The notes under the pieces were generated by a model, which had not been told where the DNA came from, did not search any database, and worked only from the letters and a program-made list of their open reading frames with translations. Positions 1 to 12,451 of a stretch of 64,000 nt of DNA are shown piece by piece. A program made the translations under genes and the position numbers. Source of the DNA: Chiloscyllium plagiosum (lineage: Eukaryota); NCBI RefSeq assembly GCF_004010195.1, contig NC_057719.1, positions 39,077,506-39,141,505 on the forward strand. Reading direction: 5' to 3'. How positions within the stretch are numbered: position 1 is the stretch's first letter; each line of letters starts with the position of its first letter.

Positions 1-126
1 CTGTTGAAGGGCTTTTGCCCGAAACATCGATTTCACTGCTCCTTGGATGCTGCCTGAACTGCTGTGCTCTTCCAGCACCACTAATCCAGATTCTGGTTTC
101 CAGCATCTGCAGTCATTGTTTTTACC
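1..126 (+). mobile_element. Penelope-related terminal repeat fragment with a degenerate hammerhead (CTGTTGA)
   Basis: ctgttgaagggcttttgcccgaaacatcg...gatgctgcctgaactgctgtgctcttccagcaccac; same family as 40311-40400 and 22345-22442. Confidence 0.65.
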
Positions 127-169
127 TAGTCAATTCCATGTGCCTACTTTAATGCCCACTTGGCTGATC

Positions 170-630
170 ATCTCACGGATATTGCCAGGGTTGGAAGATT
201 TGAGCTACAGGGAGAGGCTGGGGCTGTTTTCCCTGGAGCGTCGAAGGCTGAGGGGTGACCTTATAGAGGTTTACAAAATTATGAGGGGCATGAATAGGGT
301 AAATAGGCAAAGTCTTTTCCCTGGGGTCGGGGAGTCCAGAACTAGAAGGCATAGGTTTAGGGTGAGAGGGGAAAGATATAAAAGAGATCTAAGGGGCAAA
401 CTTTTTCACACGGAGGGTGGTACAGGTCTGGAATGAGCTGCCAGAGGAAGTGGTGGAGGCTTGCAACATTTAAGTGCATTTGGATGGGTATATGAATAGG
501 AAGTGTTTAGAGGGATATAGGCCAAATGCTGGGCAAATGGGACGAGATTAGGTTAGGATATCTGGTCGGCATGGACAAATCGGACCAAAGGGTCTGTTTC
601 CATGCCGTACATCTCTATGACTCTATGACT
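170..630 (+). mobile_element. CR1/HER1-like LINE 3' end
   Basis: LPGLEDLSYRERLGLFSLERRRLRGDLIEVYKIM; tail ctctatgactctatgact. Confidence 0.9.
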
Positions 631-1799
631 CTGCTGAGGCACCTAAATCTTTCCCTTCCTTACTTCTCAGAAACCCATCCCTATCCTGAGACTGCAAACC
701 TCCCTTTCTGAATACCTTCTTCCAACCCCAAGCTTGATATCCCTGCCAAGGCCCTAAGAGGTGTCACTGAACTCCCACCCTCTGATTTTCCATTACACTC
801 CTTCCTCACTCCAAAGACTGCTATCATTCAGAAGACATCAGACTCAAAATGTTAACTTTGTTTTTTGTTACACAGATGCTGTGAGACCTGCTAAATTTCT
901 CCAACACCTTTTCTTTTTATAAAAAGCGAAGAACGATTATTTTAATTACTTCGCTGTCTAAGAAGCCTTCAACCTGTTACCTGCTCAGCCTGGAAGACTG
1001 TTGCTATTGCTATACAGTTCCTGGGTGCTAGATATCACTTTTGGACTGGGCTAGAATAAAACCAACATTGGGAACAGAACATAGAAAACACAGTAAACCT
1101 GCTAAACCTTTGTTGGTAGGTTCATTTCAGATTAGTGGTCTTCATTTTTTTTCATTACTCACTACTAAATCTGCATCAACAATCATTTTTGAGAATGTTC
1201 TAGAATACAAACTTTTGCTGTGTTAAAATTTTTCTTCATCTCCTTTCTAATCATTTCACCAATTAACTAAAAATTGTATCCACGGTTACTGATCCTTCTA
1301 ACAGTGGGTTAGGACCTTACAGTAATTACTAGTTAACATGAAAAGAACTAAGTAAAGCATTAATCCCTAGTTTCAGAAGCAAGATTTTTTTTTAAAAATC
1401 AGCTCTTCTCTAGTTAAAATTATTTTGATTTATATTTAAACCTTTGGACAATATGACACTGCCACACATGCAAGTGTCCAGGGTATGATAAACAGTTAGT
1501 GTTGTATATACTTGGACTCATATCTGCTTAAGTCCTGTAGAGCATTTTCAGTGAAAGAACACTATCAAAGCTGAATCTTTTTGACGCAAATTGGAAAATT
1601 AATAGTTATAACCATACAATTGATAATTACTTAACTTTACGCCGATCGACCTATTTCTAGACCTATGACTAGTAAAGGTGATGTGACTGACGAATTTAAA
1701 CAGATAGTCCTCACAATGAAATAAGAAGCTGATTACAGTTCCCACTCTTAATAGGTTAAAAGTTGGGTGGAGCATATCTCCAGTTGTTTATTTAGTCCT

Positions 1800-2050
1800 T
1801 ACCAATTCTGGGAAACTGCCATAACGAGGCAAAGGTGAGAGGTATTGTTTTCTATCGCGGTTCAAAGGGTGGGGAAGAGAAGGTGATAGCGGTTAGAAAA
1901 GGATTCTGCATTTTCCACTTCGGTTCACAAACCTCAGCCGCGCGGAGCTACACCTGGTGTAATCAGCAGCCGGAACTGGCCAAGGGCGAAACTCGCGCAA
2001 GATACTGGCCCCGGGCAGGTTTCCTAAATGACCTGGACCCTGACTGACCG
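1800..2050 (+). promoter_or_regulatory. Candidate CpG-rich promoter and non-coding first exon of exoc3l4
   Basis: Local CpG cluster (tatcgcgg, agccgcgcgg, actcgcgc, ccccggg) in otherwise CpG-depleted, non-repeat DNA, ending at a donor CCG|gtaact (2050/2051). GAS-type TTCTGGGAA at 1806-1814. Confidence 0.55.
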
Positions 2051-2989
2051 GTAACTCGGATGGATTCCAATTTAGCATTGTCCAAGCCTAATGTTCTCCT
2101 CTTATGTTTATATTTTCGTGCCTCCAAATTGTTAACAGTTGTCTTTTTCTACTTCCTTATTACTCAGATTTTGTTTCATTTTCATTTTCATCTTTTACTA
2201 CTAAGCTTCAGTTTTATTTATTTTAAAGAATGTATGTATCATTTGCTGGGTCAACATTTGATTGCCCTCGAGAAGGCGTCAATGTCATGAACAAAAAAAT
2301 TTTGGTTGGAACTTACTGTTTTTTTTAAATGATTGAGGTTTGGTAACATGCTACTTTTTAAGTGTTTGCATTATACTACTGACCTGTCTGATCAAAAACA
2401 TTTTGCCTTTCAATGCTTGCACTACTGAAGTAGGCAGCAACTTCAGAAATCCAAATGTGTAAAAATCCAGAAGTTGCTTTGAATCTGAGTTTCTCCAAAT
2501 GATATACAGTGAGTAAGTTGACCAACCAATTTTTCCAGTTAGTTTCAATGTTAAAAACCTTTGAAAACATTACCTGTCTTTTGCACTTATAATGTTTGAG
2601 TGTAATAGTAATTATCCCAAAACATCACTGTTTTTTGATGGTATTACGATTGTTGAAGCCCCGTGATCAATATCCTTTTAGGAAACAGGAAGTGGGTGGG
2701 GAAGGAGTTGAGGTTTACCATTTGAAAGAAGCTGAACTGGACCAGCTAACTAAATACTATGGTTACAAGAGGATGTTAGAAGCTAGGAATTCTGCATCCT
2801 GTCTTCCCAATGCCGTTCCTTACAAGGCACAAGTCGTGAGGATTATAGAATACTCTCCACTTGCCTAGACAGTTGCAACTATCTTCTGCAAGGGTTTGGA
2901 GAAGTTACTGGAGGAACTGCAACATGACCATTTGGATGGTTTGTATGAAAGCAGTAGTAATTTATTTTTGACATGTGAAGAAAGTTTAA

Positions 2990-5296
2990 AAATCACAGGT
3001 ATTAGGCAAGAACTTTCAAAAGCTGATTGGGGGCAGATGTTCACAGGTAAAGGGATGGCTGGAAAATGGGAAGCCTTCAGAAATAAGATAACAAGAGTCC
3101 AGAAACAGTATATTCCTGTTAGAGGTGAAAGGAAAGGCTGGTAGGTATAAGGAATGCTGGATGACTAAAGAATTTGTGGGTTCGGTTAAGAAAAAGAAGG
3201 AAGCATATGTCAAGTATAGACAAGATTGTTCAAATGAATCCTTCGAGTATAAAGGCAGTAGGAGAAATAAGATAACAAGAGTCCAGCAACAGTATATTCC
3301 TGTTAGAGGTGAAAGGAAAGGCTGGTAGGTATAAGGAATACTGGATGACTAAAGAATTTGTGGGTTCGGTTAAGAAAAAGAAGGAAGCATATGTCAAGTA
3401 TAGACAAGATTGTTCAAATGAATCCTTCGAGTATAAAGGCAGTAGGAGTCTGCTTAAGAGGGAAATCAAGAGGGTGAAAAGAGGACATGAGATAGCTTTG
3501 GCAAATAGAGTTAAGGAGAATACAAAGGGTTTTTCCAAGTACGTTAAGGACAAAAGGGTAACTAGGCAGAGATTAGGGCCCTTCAAATATCAGCAATGTG
3601 ACCTTTTGTGTGGAGCCGCAGGAGATGGGGGAGATACTAAACGAGTATTTTGCATCGGTGTTTACTGTGACAAAGGACATTGAAAGGTAGTGAATGTAGG
3701 GAAATAAATGGTGACATGTTGAAAAGTGTCCATATTACAGAGGAGGAAGTGCTGGATGTCTTGAAGCATAAAAGTAGACAAATCCCCAGGACCTGATCAG
3801 GTGTACTCTAAAACTCTGGGAAGCGAGAGAAGTGATTGCTGAGATATTTGTATCATCGATAGTCACTGGTGAGGTACCGGAAGACTGGAAGTTGGCTAAC
3901 GTGGTGCCACTGTTTTTAAAAAAAGGTGGTAAGGACAAGCCAGGAAACTATAGACCAGCGAGCCTGACATCGGTAGTGGGCAAGTTGTTGGAGCGAATCC
4001 TGAGGGACAGGATGTACCTGTATTTGAAAGGGCAAGGACTGATTATGGATAGTCAACATGGTTTTGTGCTTGGGAAATCATGTCTCAGAAACCTGATTGT
4101 TACTTCTTCAAAACAACTCAAAGAAGATTTGAGGACAAAGTGGTAGAGATGATCCATATGGACTTGATTATGGCTTTCAACAAGGTTCCCCATGGGAGAC
4201 TGGTTAGCAAGGTTAGATCTCATGGAATACAGGGAGAACTAGCCATTTGGCTACAGAACTAGCTCAAAGGTAGAAGACAGAGGGTGGTGATGGAAGGTTA
4301 AGGCCTATGGCCAGTGGAGTGTCATTTTTTTTATATAAATGATTTGAATGTGAGCATAATGGGTTTACTTAGTAAGTTTGCAGATGACACCAGAATTGGA
4401 TGTATAGTGAACAATGAAGAAGTTACCTCCGATTACAGCAGGATTTTGATCAGATGGGCCAATGGACTGAGAAGTGGCAGATGGACTTCAATTTAGATAA
4501 ATGTGAGGTGCTGCATTTTGGGATAGCAAATCTTAACAGGACTTATACACTTAATGATAAGGTCCTGGGGAATGTTACTGAACAAAGAGACCTTGGAGTG
4601 CAGGTTCATTGGTCCATGAAAGTGGAGTTGCAGGTAGATAGGATAGTGAAGAAGGCGTTTGGTATGCTTTCCTTTATTGGTCAGAGTATTGAATACAGGA
4701 GTTGGGAGGTCATGTTGCAGCTGTACAGGACATTGGTTAGACCACTGTTGGAATATTGTGTGCAATTCTGGTCTCCTTTCTACTGAAAGGATATTGTGAC
4801 ACTAGAAAGGGTTCAGAAAAGATTTATAGGATGTTGCCAGGATTGGAGGAGTTGAGCTATAGGGAGAGTTTGAATAGGTTATGGCTGTTTTCCCTAGAGT
4901 GTCAGAGGCTGAGCGGTTAGCTTATAGAGGCTTATAAAATTGTAAGGGACATGGATAGGATAATAGACAAACTCTTTTCCCCGGGGTGTGGGGGAGTAGT
5001 CCAGAACTAGAGGGCATAGGTTTAGGGTGAGAGGGGAAAGATATAAAAGAGACCTAAGGGGCAACTTTTTCACGCAGAGGGTGGTGCGTGCATGGAATGA
5101 GCTGCCAGAGGATGTGGTGGAGGCTGGTACAATTGCAACATTTAAAAGGCATTAGATGGGTATATGAATAGGAAGGGTTTGGAGGGATATGGGCAGAGTG
5201 CTGGCAGGTGGGACTAATTTGGTTTGGGATATCTGGTCAATATGGACGTGTTGGACCGAAGGGTCTATTTCTGTGCTTACATCTCTATCACTGTAT
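2990..5296 (+). mobile_element. 5'-truncated CR1/HER1-like LINE with decayed RT and an internal 184-bp duplication
   Basis: DWKLANVVPLF, PGNYRPASLTSVVGKLLE, SQHGF, SKFADDT, LYRTLVRPLLEYCVQFWSP; frameshifted. Confidence 0.92.
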
Positions 5297-6195
5297 GATC
5301 AGGTTATCGTCCAACAGGTTTACTTGATAGTACAACATTTGGACTGCTGCTCCTTTGTCAGGTAGCTAGTGGGGCAGGATCATAGGGCACAGAACTTATA
5401 GTAAAAGATCAAAGTGTCATACAACTGATGCAACGTATTGAACAAATCTATATTGCTGTTAAGTCTCTAATCGCTTGGAATTGGGATGCAGGTTTTGATT
5501 GATTAACATATAAATCCCAAACCTTCCTTCAAGTCATGTTCCTGAGATAATTTGAGGTTTTACCAGTATTTTTAAAAAAGTAACATCTCAGCTCAGTGCC
5601 CTAAAGGTGTCAGGTTAGAGTCTATCTGTATCCCAACCTTGAGTCACACTGGTTCTACTTACAAAATAGGCATTTATAAAATGTCACATGGACTGACTGC
5701 GTGCTTTTTGAACAAAATAAAATATATCTGGATATGTAAATTCATCCCATAGATGTGTTTGTGTGTGAGTATGTGTAAATAGAACCAGTCTGACTCAAGA
5801 TTGGGATACAGACAGCCTCTAACCTGACACCTTTAATATATTGTCTGAGCTGATGTGTCACTTTTTTTAATACAGATAAAGCCTCATGTTATCTCGGTAA
5901 CATGACTTGAAAGAAGGTCTGGGATTTAATCAATCAAAACCTGTGTCCCTATTCTAATTGATTAAAGACAACAGCAATCTAGGTTTGTTCAATACATCGC
6001 ATCAGTTGTATGACGCTTTGATCTTTTACTATAAATTCTGTGTCCTATGATCCCGCCCCACTAGGTACCTGATGAAGGAGTAGCGGTCTGAAAGCTTCTA
6101 CTGTCAAATAAACCTGTTGGACTATAACCTGGTGTGTGATTTTTTTTTTTTTAAACCTTGTCCACCCCAGTCCAAAACTGACACCTTCACATCAT
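5297..6195. mobile_element. Non-coding fold-back element of two inverted Penelope-type terminal repeats
   Basis: 5297-5662 is the reverse complement of about 5773-6133. It shares its terminus (hammerhead-like ctgatgaaggag...gaaagct, then aaacctgttggactataacctgg) with the PLE at 47220-49525. Confidence 0.75.
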
Positions 6196-7121
6196 GGATA
6201 TGTAAAGCTTGATGGAGATATTAGAATGGTTGAAAAGTTGCAAAGTGGTTCTCAGGATGAGAAATGATTCAACCAATGTTAAACATAAAACTGTACAAAT
6301 GAGTACATATCAGTTTGTTTGAATTGGACTAGAAAGTGTTTTTTTTTTTGTTTGATAAATATAAGGTGGATAATTTTGAATATAGACTCAATGCTACAAG
6401 TGCCAATGGTATTCAGGTCTGAGATGTTGGTTTGCAATTCATAAGTTACCAGATATGTTAGTGTCAGATAATCCTCTGCAGTTTAGAGATTGAAATATTT
6501 CAGAGTAAGAAGGGAATCTAATACCACCACATGACTGTGCAGCATTTAATGTACAAAGAAGTGTACATGCTGAGAAAAGACCTATTGCAGAAGTGTTTTG
6601 TCAGTCACAAACAACTGGATAATTCTGTGTTCTCTTATGGCCCAATTCAAGATTACAACAGGAATTAAAACACCATCTTAGGATAAGACTTTGTTCAATG
6701 TAAATTTAGGCAAACTAAGTGAGAGAAATGCAAGACAAAGTGAAGATTGTAAAATGACCTTGGATTCGCTGATTAAGACAGATCAGCCAATGTCACAGTC
6801 CAAACCATTAGATTTGAGTTAGTAATCAAAGTTAAAGTTTAACCCAGAGGTGTTGAGAGAGCAGAGATAAATTAGTGGAAAAGGAAAGATATACTCTGAT
6901 AAATATTGGGCAAAGTCAGCATGGCTTCATCAAGGGGAGTTCGTGCCTGACAAATCTGTTAGAACACTTTGAGGAGGTAACAAGCAGGTTAGACCAAGGA
7001 GAGCCAATGGATTTTATCTATCTGACTTCCAGAAGGTCTTTGATAATGTGCTGCAAGGAGACTACTGAGTAAGATAAGGGCCCATGATGTTAGAGGCAAG
7101 GTACTGGCATGGATAGAAGAT

Positions 7122-7150
7122 TGGCTGGCTGGCTGGCTGGCTGGCTGGCT
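7122..7150 (+). repeat. (TGGC)7 microsatellite inside a CR1 RT
   Basis: gattggctggctggctggctggctggctggctgtctggcag. Confidence 0.9.
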
Positions 7151-7340
7151 GTCTGGCAGAAGGCAGAGAGTGGGAATAGAAGGGTCCTCCTCAGGATGGA
7201 AGCCAGTGACTAATGTGCTCTATAAGGGTCAATGTTGGGGCCATAACTTTCACTTTATACATTAATGATCTTGAAGAAACTGAAGATTTTCTGGCTAAGT
7301 TTGCAGATGATACAAAGATAGGTGGAGGGGCAGGTAGTAT

Positions 7341-7660
7341 GAGATTAGATTCCCTACAGTGTGGAAACAGGCCTTTCGGCCCAACAAGTCCACATCGACT
7401 CTCAAAGATACCCCACCCAGTCCTGTTCCCCTATATTTACCCCTGACTAATGGACCTAAACTATGGACAACTTGGCATTGCCAATTCGCCTGACCTGCAC
7501 ATGCTTTGGATTGTGGGAGGAAATCGGCACCTGGAGGAAACCCACGCAAACGCAGGGAGAATGTGCAAACTCCACACAGACAGTGGCCCAAGGCAGGAAT
7601 CGAACCCTAGTCCCTGGCGCTGTAAGGCAGCAGTGCTAACCACTGAGCCACTGTGCCACC
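7341..7660 (-). mobile_element. tRNA-derived V-SINE (HE1-like)
   Basis: Reverse complement has A box tggctcagtgg, B box gggttcgattcc, central gtgtggagtttgcacattctcc domain and aatct tail. Confidence 0.9.
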
Positions 7661-8348
7661 TGAGGATGCGGGAAGGCTACAGAAAGATTCAGACAGAAGA
7701 TTAGGCAAAGAAGTGGTAGATGAAATATAATGTGGAAAAGTGTTAAGTCATTCACTTTGGTAGGAGGAATAGAGGCATGGACTATTTTCTAAATAGGAGG
7801 AAAATTCAGAAATCAGAAGTACAAAGAGACTGGAGTCCTAGTTTCTTGAGGTAAACTTTTAGGTTGAGTCGGTAGTTAGGAAGGTGAATACAATATTGTC
7901 ATTCATCTTGAAAGGACTAGAGTTTAAAAGCAGGGATGTATTCCTGAAGCTCTAGTCAGACCACATTTACAGTATTGTGTGCAAGCTTGGACCTCAAACC
8001 TCAGGAAGGATGTGTTGGTCCTGGAGAAGATCCAGAGGAGGTTCATGAGAATGATCCCAGGAACAAAAGGCTTAACATATGAGGAACATTTTGAGGACTC
8101 AGACTATACTGTGGAGTTTAGAAGGATTGGGGGGGAGAGAGATCTGATTTAAACTTATAGAATACTGAATGGCCTAGACAGAGTGGATGTTTCCATTGGC
8201 AGGAGAAACAAGTTCGTGCAGTAATATCCTTCAAGTACAGGGAAGACTTTAAGAACAGAAATAAGGGGAAACTTCTTTCATCAAAGAGTGGTGAATCTGT
8301 GGAATTCATTGTCACTGAAGGCTGTGGAGGCCAGACCATTGAGTATAT

Positions 8349-8670
8349 GGATGGCACAGTGGCTCAGTGGTTAGCATTGCTGTCTCACAGTGCCAGGGAC
8401 TTGGGTTCAATTCCCGCCTTGGGCAACTGTCTGTTTGCACATTCTCCCCATGTCTGCGTGGGTTTCCTCCGGGTGCTCCAGTTTCCTCCCACAGTCCAAA
8501 GATGTGCAGGTCAAGTGAATTGGCCATGCTAAGTTACCCATTGTGTTAGGTGGATTAGCTAGGGGTAAATATAGGGGAATGGGTCTGGGTGGGTTGCTCT
8601 TCGGAGAGTCGGTGTGGACTTGTTGGGCTGAAGGACCTGTTTCCACACCGTAGGGAATCCAATCTAATCT
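8349..8670 (+). mobile_element. tRNA-derived V-SINE (HE1-like)
   Basis: ggcacagtggctcagtggttagc...gggttcaattcc...tail aatccaatctaatct. Confidence 0.9.
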
Positions 8671-9528
8671 GTATTTAAAACAGATAGATACGTTCATGAT
8701 TGCCAAGAGGATCAAAGGTTATGGGGAGAAAGCTGGGAAAATGGGGCTGAAAAACCTATCAGCCATGATTGAATGGTGGATGACACTCTATGGGTCGACT
8801 GGCCTAATTTCTGCTCCTATATCATATGGTCTAAAAAGCAAAATAATTCAGAAAGGTAATTGAAAGTTTTTGGGACGTGTAAATGAAAAAAACATAACTC
8901 CTCTGGCTTCATTTGAGGTTTTGGTCAATTCCTTGGTCACAGACTGGGGAACTGGTCTTTGTGATAAATAGATTTATACTTACCTTGGGTGTGTGCTTAG
9001 CTGAAATTCAAAGGTGACTAGTAGATGTAAAAATATAAAATGTCTTCCTATTTGGCTTTATCATGGATAGCAACAACATAATGACCCAGTGCTTACTGAA
9101 ATATTATAGTAACTCAGAATTTGACATTTCGATTCCTGAGTAGCATGTCACTGCACATGCCAAAACATGGGGTGAGTGTAATGAGAAGGATGGTGGTCCT
9201 TTTTTCAAAGGCAGCACATTACTTGAATTACAATTGTCCATGTGAAGACACACAAATTTTTGTTTGAATTTTTGTCCTACCTTGGTTTGACCTTCCAAAG
9301 TGCAATATCTCTCACTTATTTGTGCTGAATTGCATTTGCCAATCCTCACCTTTTCAACTTTTGTTTGAAATTTTTGTTCAAGGATAGGAGTAATGATCCT
9401 GATGATGAGATTTATGGTTCAGGGAAGAATAATTCTGCTCTTGAGTGAAGAGCTCCACAAGAAGTAGAAATTGACATTAAGAAATATTTTTGTACAAAGT
9501 ATCTTCTTTCCTTCACTTTTTAAGACTG

Positions 9529-9877
9529 GGTTTTGAGGTTCATATAAGGCTGTCTACCATTTTTCTTTAAATTAAGTTTCATTTAAAATTAGTTGAATCT
9601 TGATTGACTGACTGATTGCAAATTTATTTAATGCTCCATGTGTGATTATGGAATCCAAAGTAGACAAAGAAGGAGATTGGAAGAACACAGCAAGCCAGGC
9701 AGGTTTTGAGGTTCATATAAGGCTGTCTACCATTTTTCTTTAAATGTAAGTTTCATTTAAAATTAGTTGAATCTTGATTGACTGACTGATTTGCAAATTT
9801 ATTTAATGCTCCATGTGTGATTATGGAATCCAAAGTAGACAAAGAAGGAGATTGGAAGAACACAGCAAGCCAGGCAG
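9529..9877 (+). repeat. Tandem duplication, 2 x about 173-176 bp
   Basis: ggttttgaggttcatataagg...caagccaggca at 9529-9701, repeated at 9702-9877 with small indels. Confidence 0.9.
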
Positions 9878-9949
9878 CATCAGGAGGTGGAGAAGTTAAC
9901 ATTTCTGATAACTCTTCTTCAGGGATATCTCACTTAAAGTCACAGATTA

Positions 9950-11020
9950 ATACAGAATGGAAACCGGCCCTTCAGTCTAAACTGGTCCATGCTGATCATG
10001 ATGCCCACCTAGCTTTGATTGCCTGCATTTGGTCCATATCCGTCTAACCCTTCCCATCTATGTACCTACCCAATTTGTTTTTTAAATGTTGCTATTGTAC
10101 CTGCCTCAACCACTTTCTCTGGAAGCCTATTGTACATATGCACCAATCTCTGCGAGAAGGTCCTACTTAAACCTATGCCCTCGGAAAAATACTATATGCA
10201 TTTATCCTATCTATGCCCCTCATGATTTTATACACCTCCACAAAATCATCCCTCATTCTCCTACATTCCAAGGAATAAAGTCCTATCCTGACCAACTTTC
10301 CCTTATAATTCAGGCCTACTAGTCCTGGCAATGTCCTTGTAAATCATTGCGCTCCTTCCAGTTTGACTGTGTCTTTCCTATAACCGGGTGAGCAAAGCTG
10401 TACAGAATACTCCAAGTGCAGCTTCACCAATGTCTTATACATCTGTAACAGTGTCCCAACTCCTATACTCAGTGCCTCAACTGATGAAGGCCAGCATGCT
10501 AAATACCTTCTGCACCACCCTATCTACCTGTGACACCGCTTTCAAAGAACTATGTACTTGTACTCCTAGTGTCTCTGTGCCACAACACCCTTCCGTTTAC
10601 AGTATAAGTCCTACCTTGGTTTGACCTTCCATAGTGCAACACCTCTCACTTACCTGTGTTGAATTGCATTTGCCAATCCTCAGCCCACTTCCCCATCTGA
10701 TCAAAACCCCTCTGAAAGCAAGGAAAGTTATCAAAAATTAGAATGCTACTTCCTAATTTTGTATCATTTGAAAACTTACTAATCATGCCTTGAACATTCA
10801 TATCCAGATCATTTACATAAATAACAAATAAGAGTTTTCAGCACTTACCCATGTGGCACACCACTAGTCACAGTTGTCCAGTCTGAGAAACAACCTTCAA
10901 CCATCACCCTCTACTTCCCCCTCCATTGAGCCAATTTTGAATACAATTAGCTAGCTCTCCCTGGATCCCTTGTGCCTTAACCTTCATGACTAGCCTGCCG
11001 TGTGGGACCTTGTCAAAGGC
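9950..11020 (-). mobile_element. Old CR1-like LINE fragment
   Basis: Reverse complement resembles CR1 RT and 3' end (gtgggaccttgtcaaaggc, ccctcatgattttatacacc). Confidence 0.75.
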
Positions 11021-12451
11021 ATCAAACTTGAATTGTTTCTTCTAGCTGTATACTTTATTTAAACTTGGAACTCATAGTATAAATCACCTCTCCATATATG
11101 GTTTAACTATCTTTTTGTGATTGAATTTCTAAGAAATTAACTCAGCTGTGACTGTAGCAAATTCTAATACGTTGTTTAATTTGGTGTAAGATTTAATAGC
11201 CTCCAAATTGTTTCTACTCCCTTGTTAACTGCCCTGGTAATGTTACTGTTTTTGGCTTTGATCCAGAATCTGAGAGCTTGAATAGCATAGTTGGTATATG
11301 TTTTGGTCATGTCCCTCAGCACTATCTGAGATACCCTGGGTAGATTCACTGCCACCAATGATCCAATTAGGTTTCATTTTTGTTTGAGAGATTGGTACCA
11401 TGGACCAAAAAATGTAAAAAGTAGTAGTGGGTCATTCAGCCCATTGAATCTGGCTCTACCATTCCATGAGATTATTGATCAATAGTCAGCTCCACTTTCC
11501 TGATGTATCTCCACATTAAGAAGAATCACTTTACTTTTTAATGATCAAGAATTGCTGTCTCAGCCTTGCATATACTTAATGACCAGGTCTTGTCAGCTGT
11601 CTGTGGTAAAGAATTCCAGACTGACTATCTGCTGAGAGAATAAAATTCCTCCTCCTCTGTCTTAAGTGGTGACTCCTTACTCTGAGATCATGCCCCCTGG
11701 TCCTGGTCTCAAAGAACCTTTATGCATTTACCCTGTCAAACCCCTAAGAATCCTATATGTTTCAATAAAGAATCTCTTCATTCTTCTGAACTCCAATGAG
11801 CACAAGCCCAACCTACCAAGTGGAGAAGGATGCCCCCACTAAGATTTTGACAGAAGAGATGATTTGTCTATTTGAATGGATTTGTTTACTACATAGTACT
11901 TAGTCTCTTGCGAGACTCAAATTACTATGTGGGCCAGACTTGAGAGTGGCTATATTACTACTCAACTATATAGAACTTGGCACTGTAACAACACATGAGA
12001 GAGGATGTCTGAGGAACGGTTCTTTGTATCTTTAAATGGCAAAACTAATCTTGTATGCTAGTTACCCTTAAAGATGCCTTTTGAATGTCATATAATCTAA
12101 CTGTTTCAAGTTTGTTTTGGACAAAAGGTTATGAAAATAGAATTTAACTGTGGTTACTGCACTGTGCAAGAGAAATTGGTCAGTGTTACTAAATTCCAGC
12201 TTTGTAAGTATTTTGAAACTTAAATTCTAATATATCAACGTTCCATTTCTTTTTTAGTTGATGCGGATTGTTCAAGTATACTACATGTAAGGCACTTGTA
12301 TGACTAAAAATCTTTAACTCCGTACTGAACCATATAAACTTTCATAAATTATTAATTTTATTCTTTTAAGTGTCAACAAGATACTGAAATTTTACTCTCA
12401 TTCAGAGGCACAACAGAAAATTGAAGAATAAAGCTGACAACGTCAAAAATA

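Larger units (their letters stand above)
6860..8832 (+). mobile_element. CR1-like LINE (second subfamily), RT and 3' end, interrupted by two SINEs
   Basis: SQHGFIKGSSCLTNLLEHFEEVT, YINDL, AKFADDTKIGG; tail ctgctcctatatcatatggtct. Confidence 0.9.

Noticed and set aside
8349..8420. tRNA genes at SINE heads (also 26565 and 17140-17208)
   Set aside because: A and B boxes continue into SINE bodies and tails; no complete cloverleaf.
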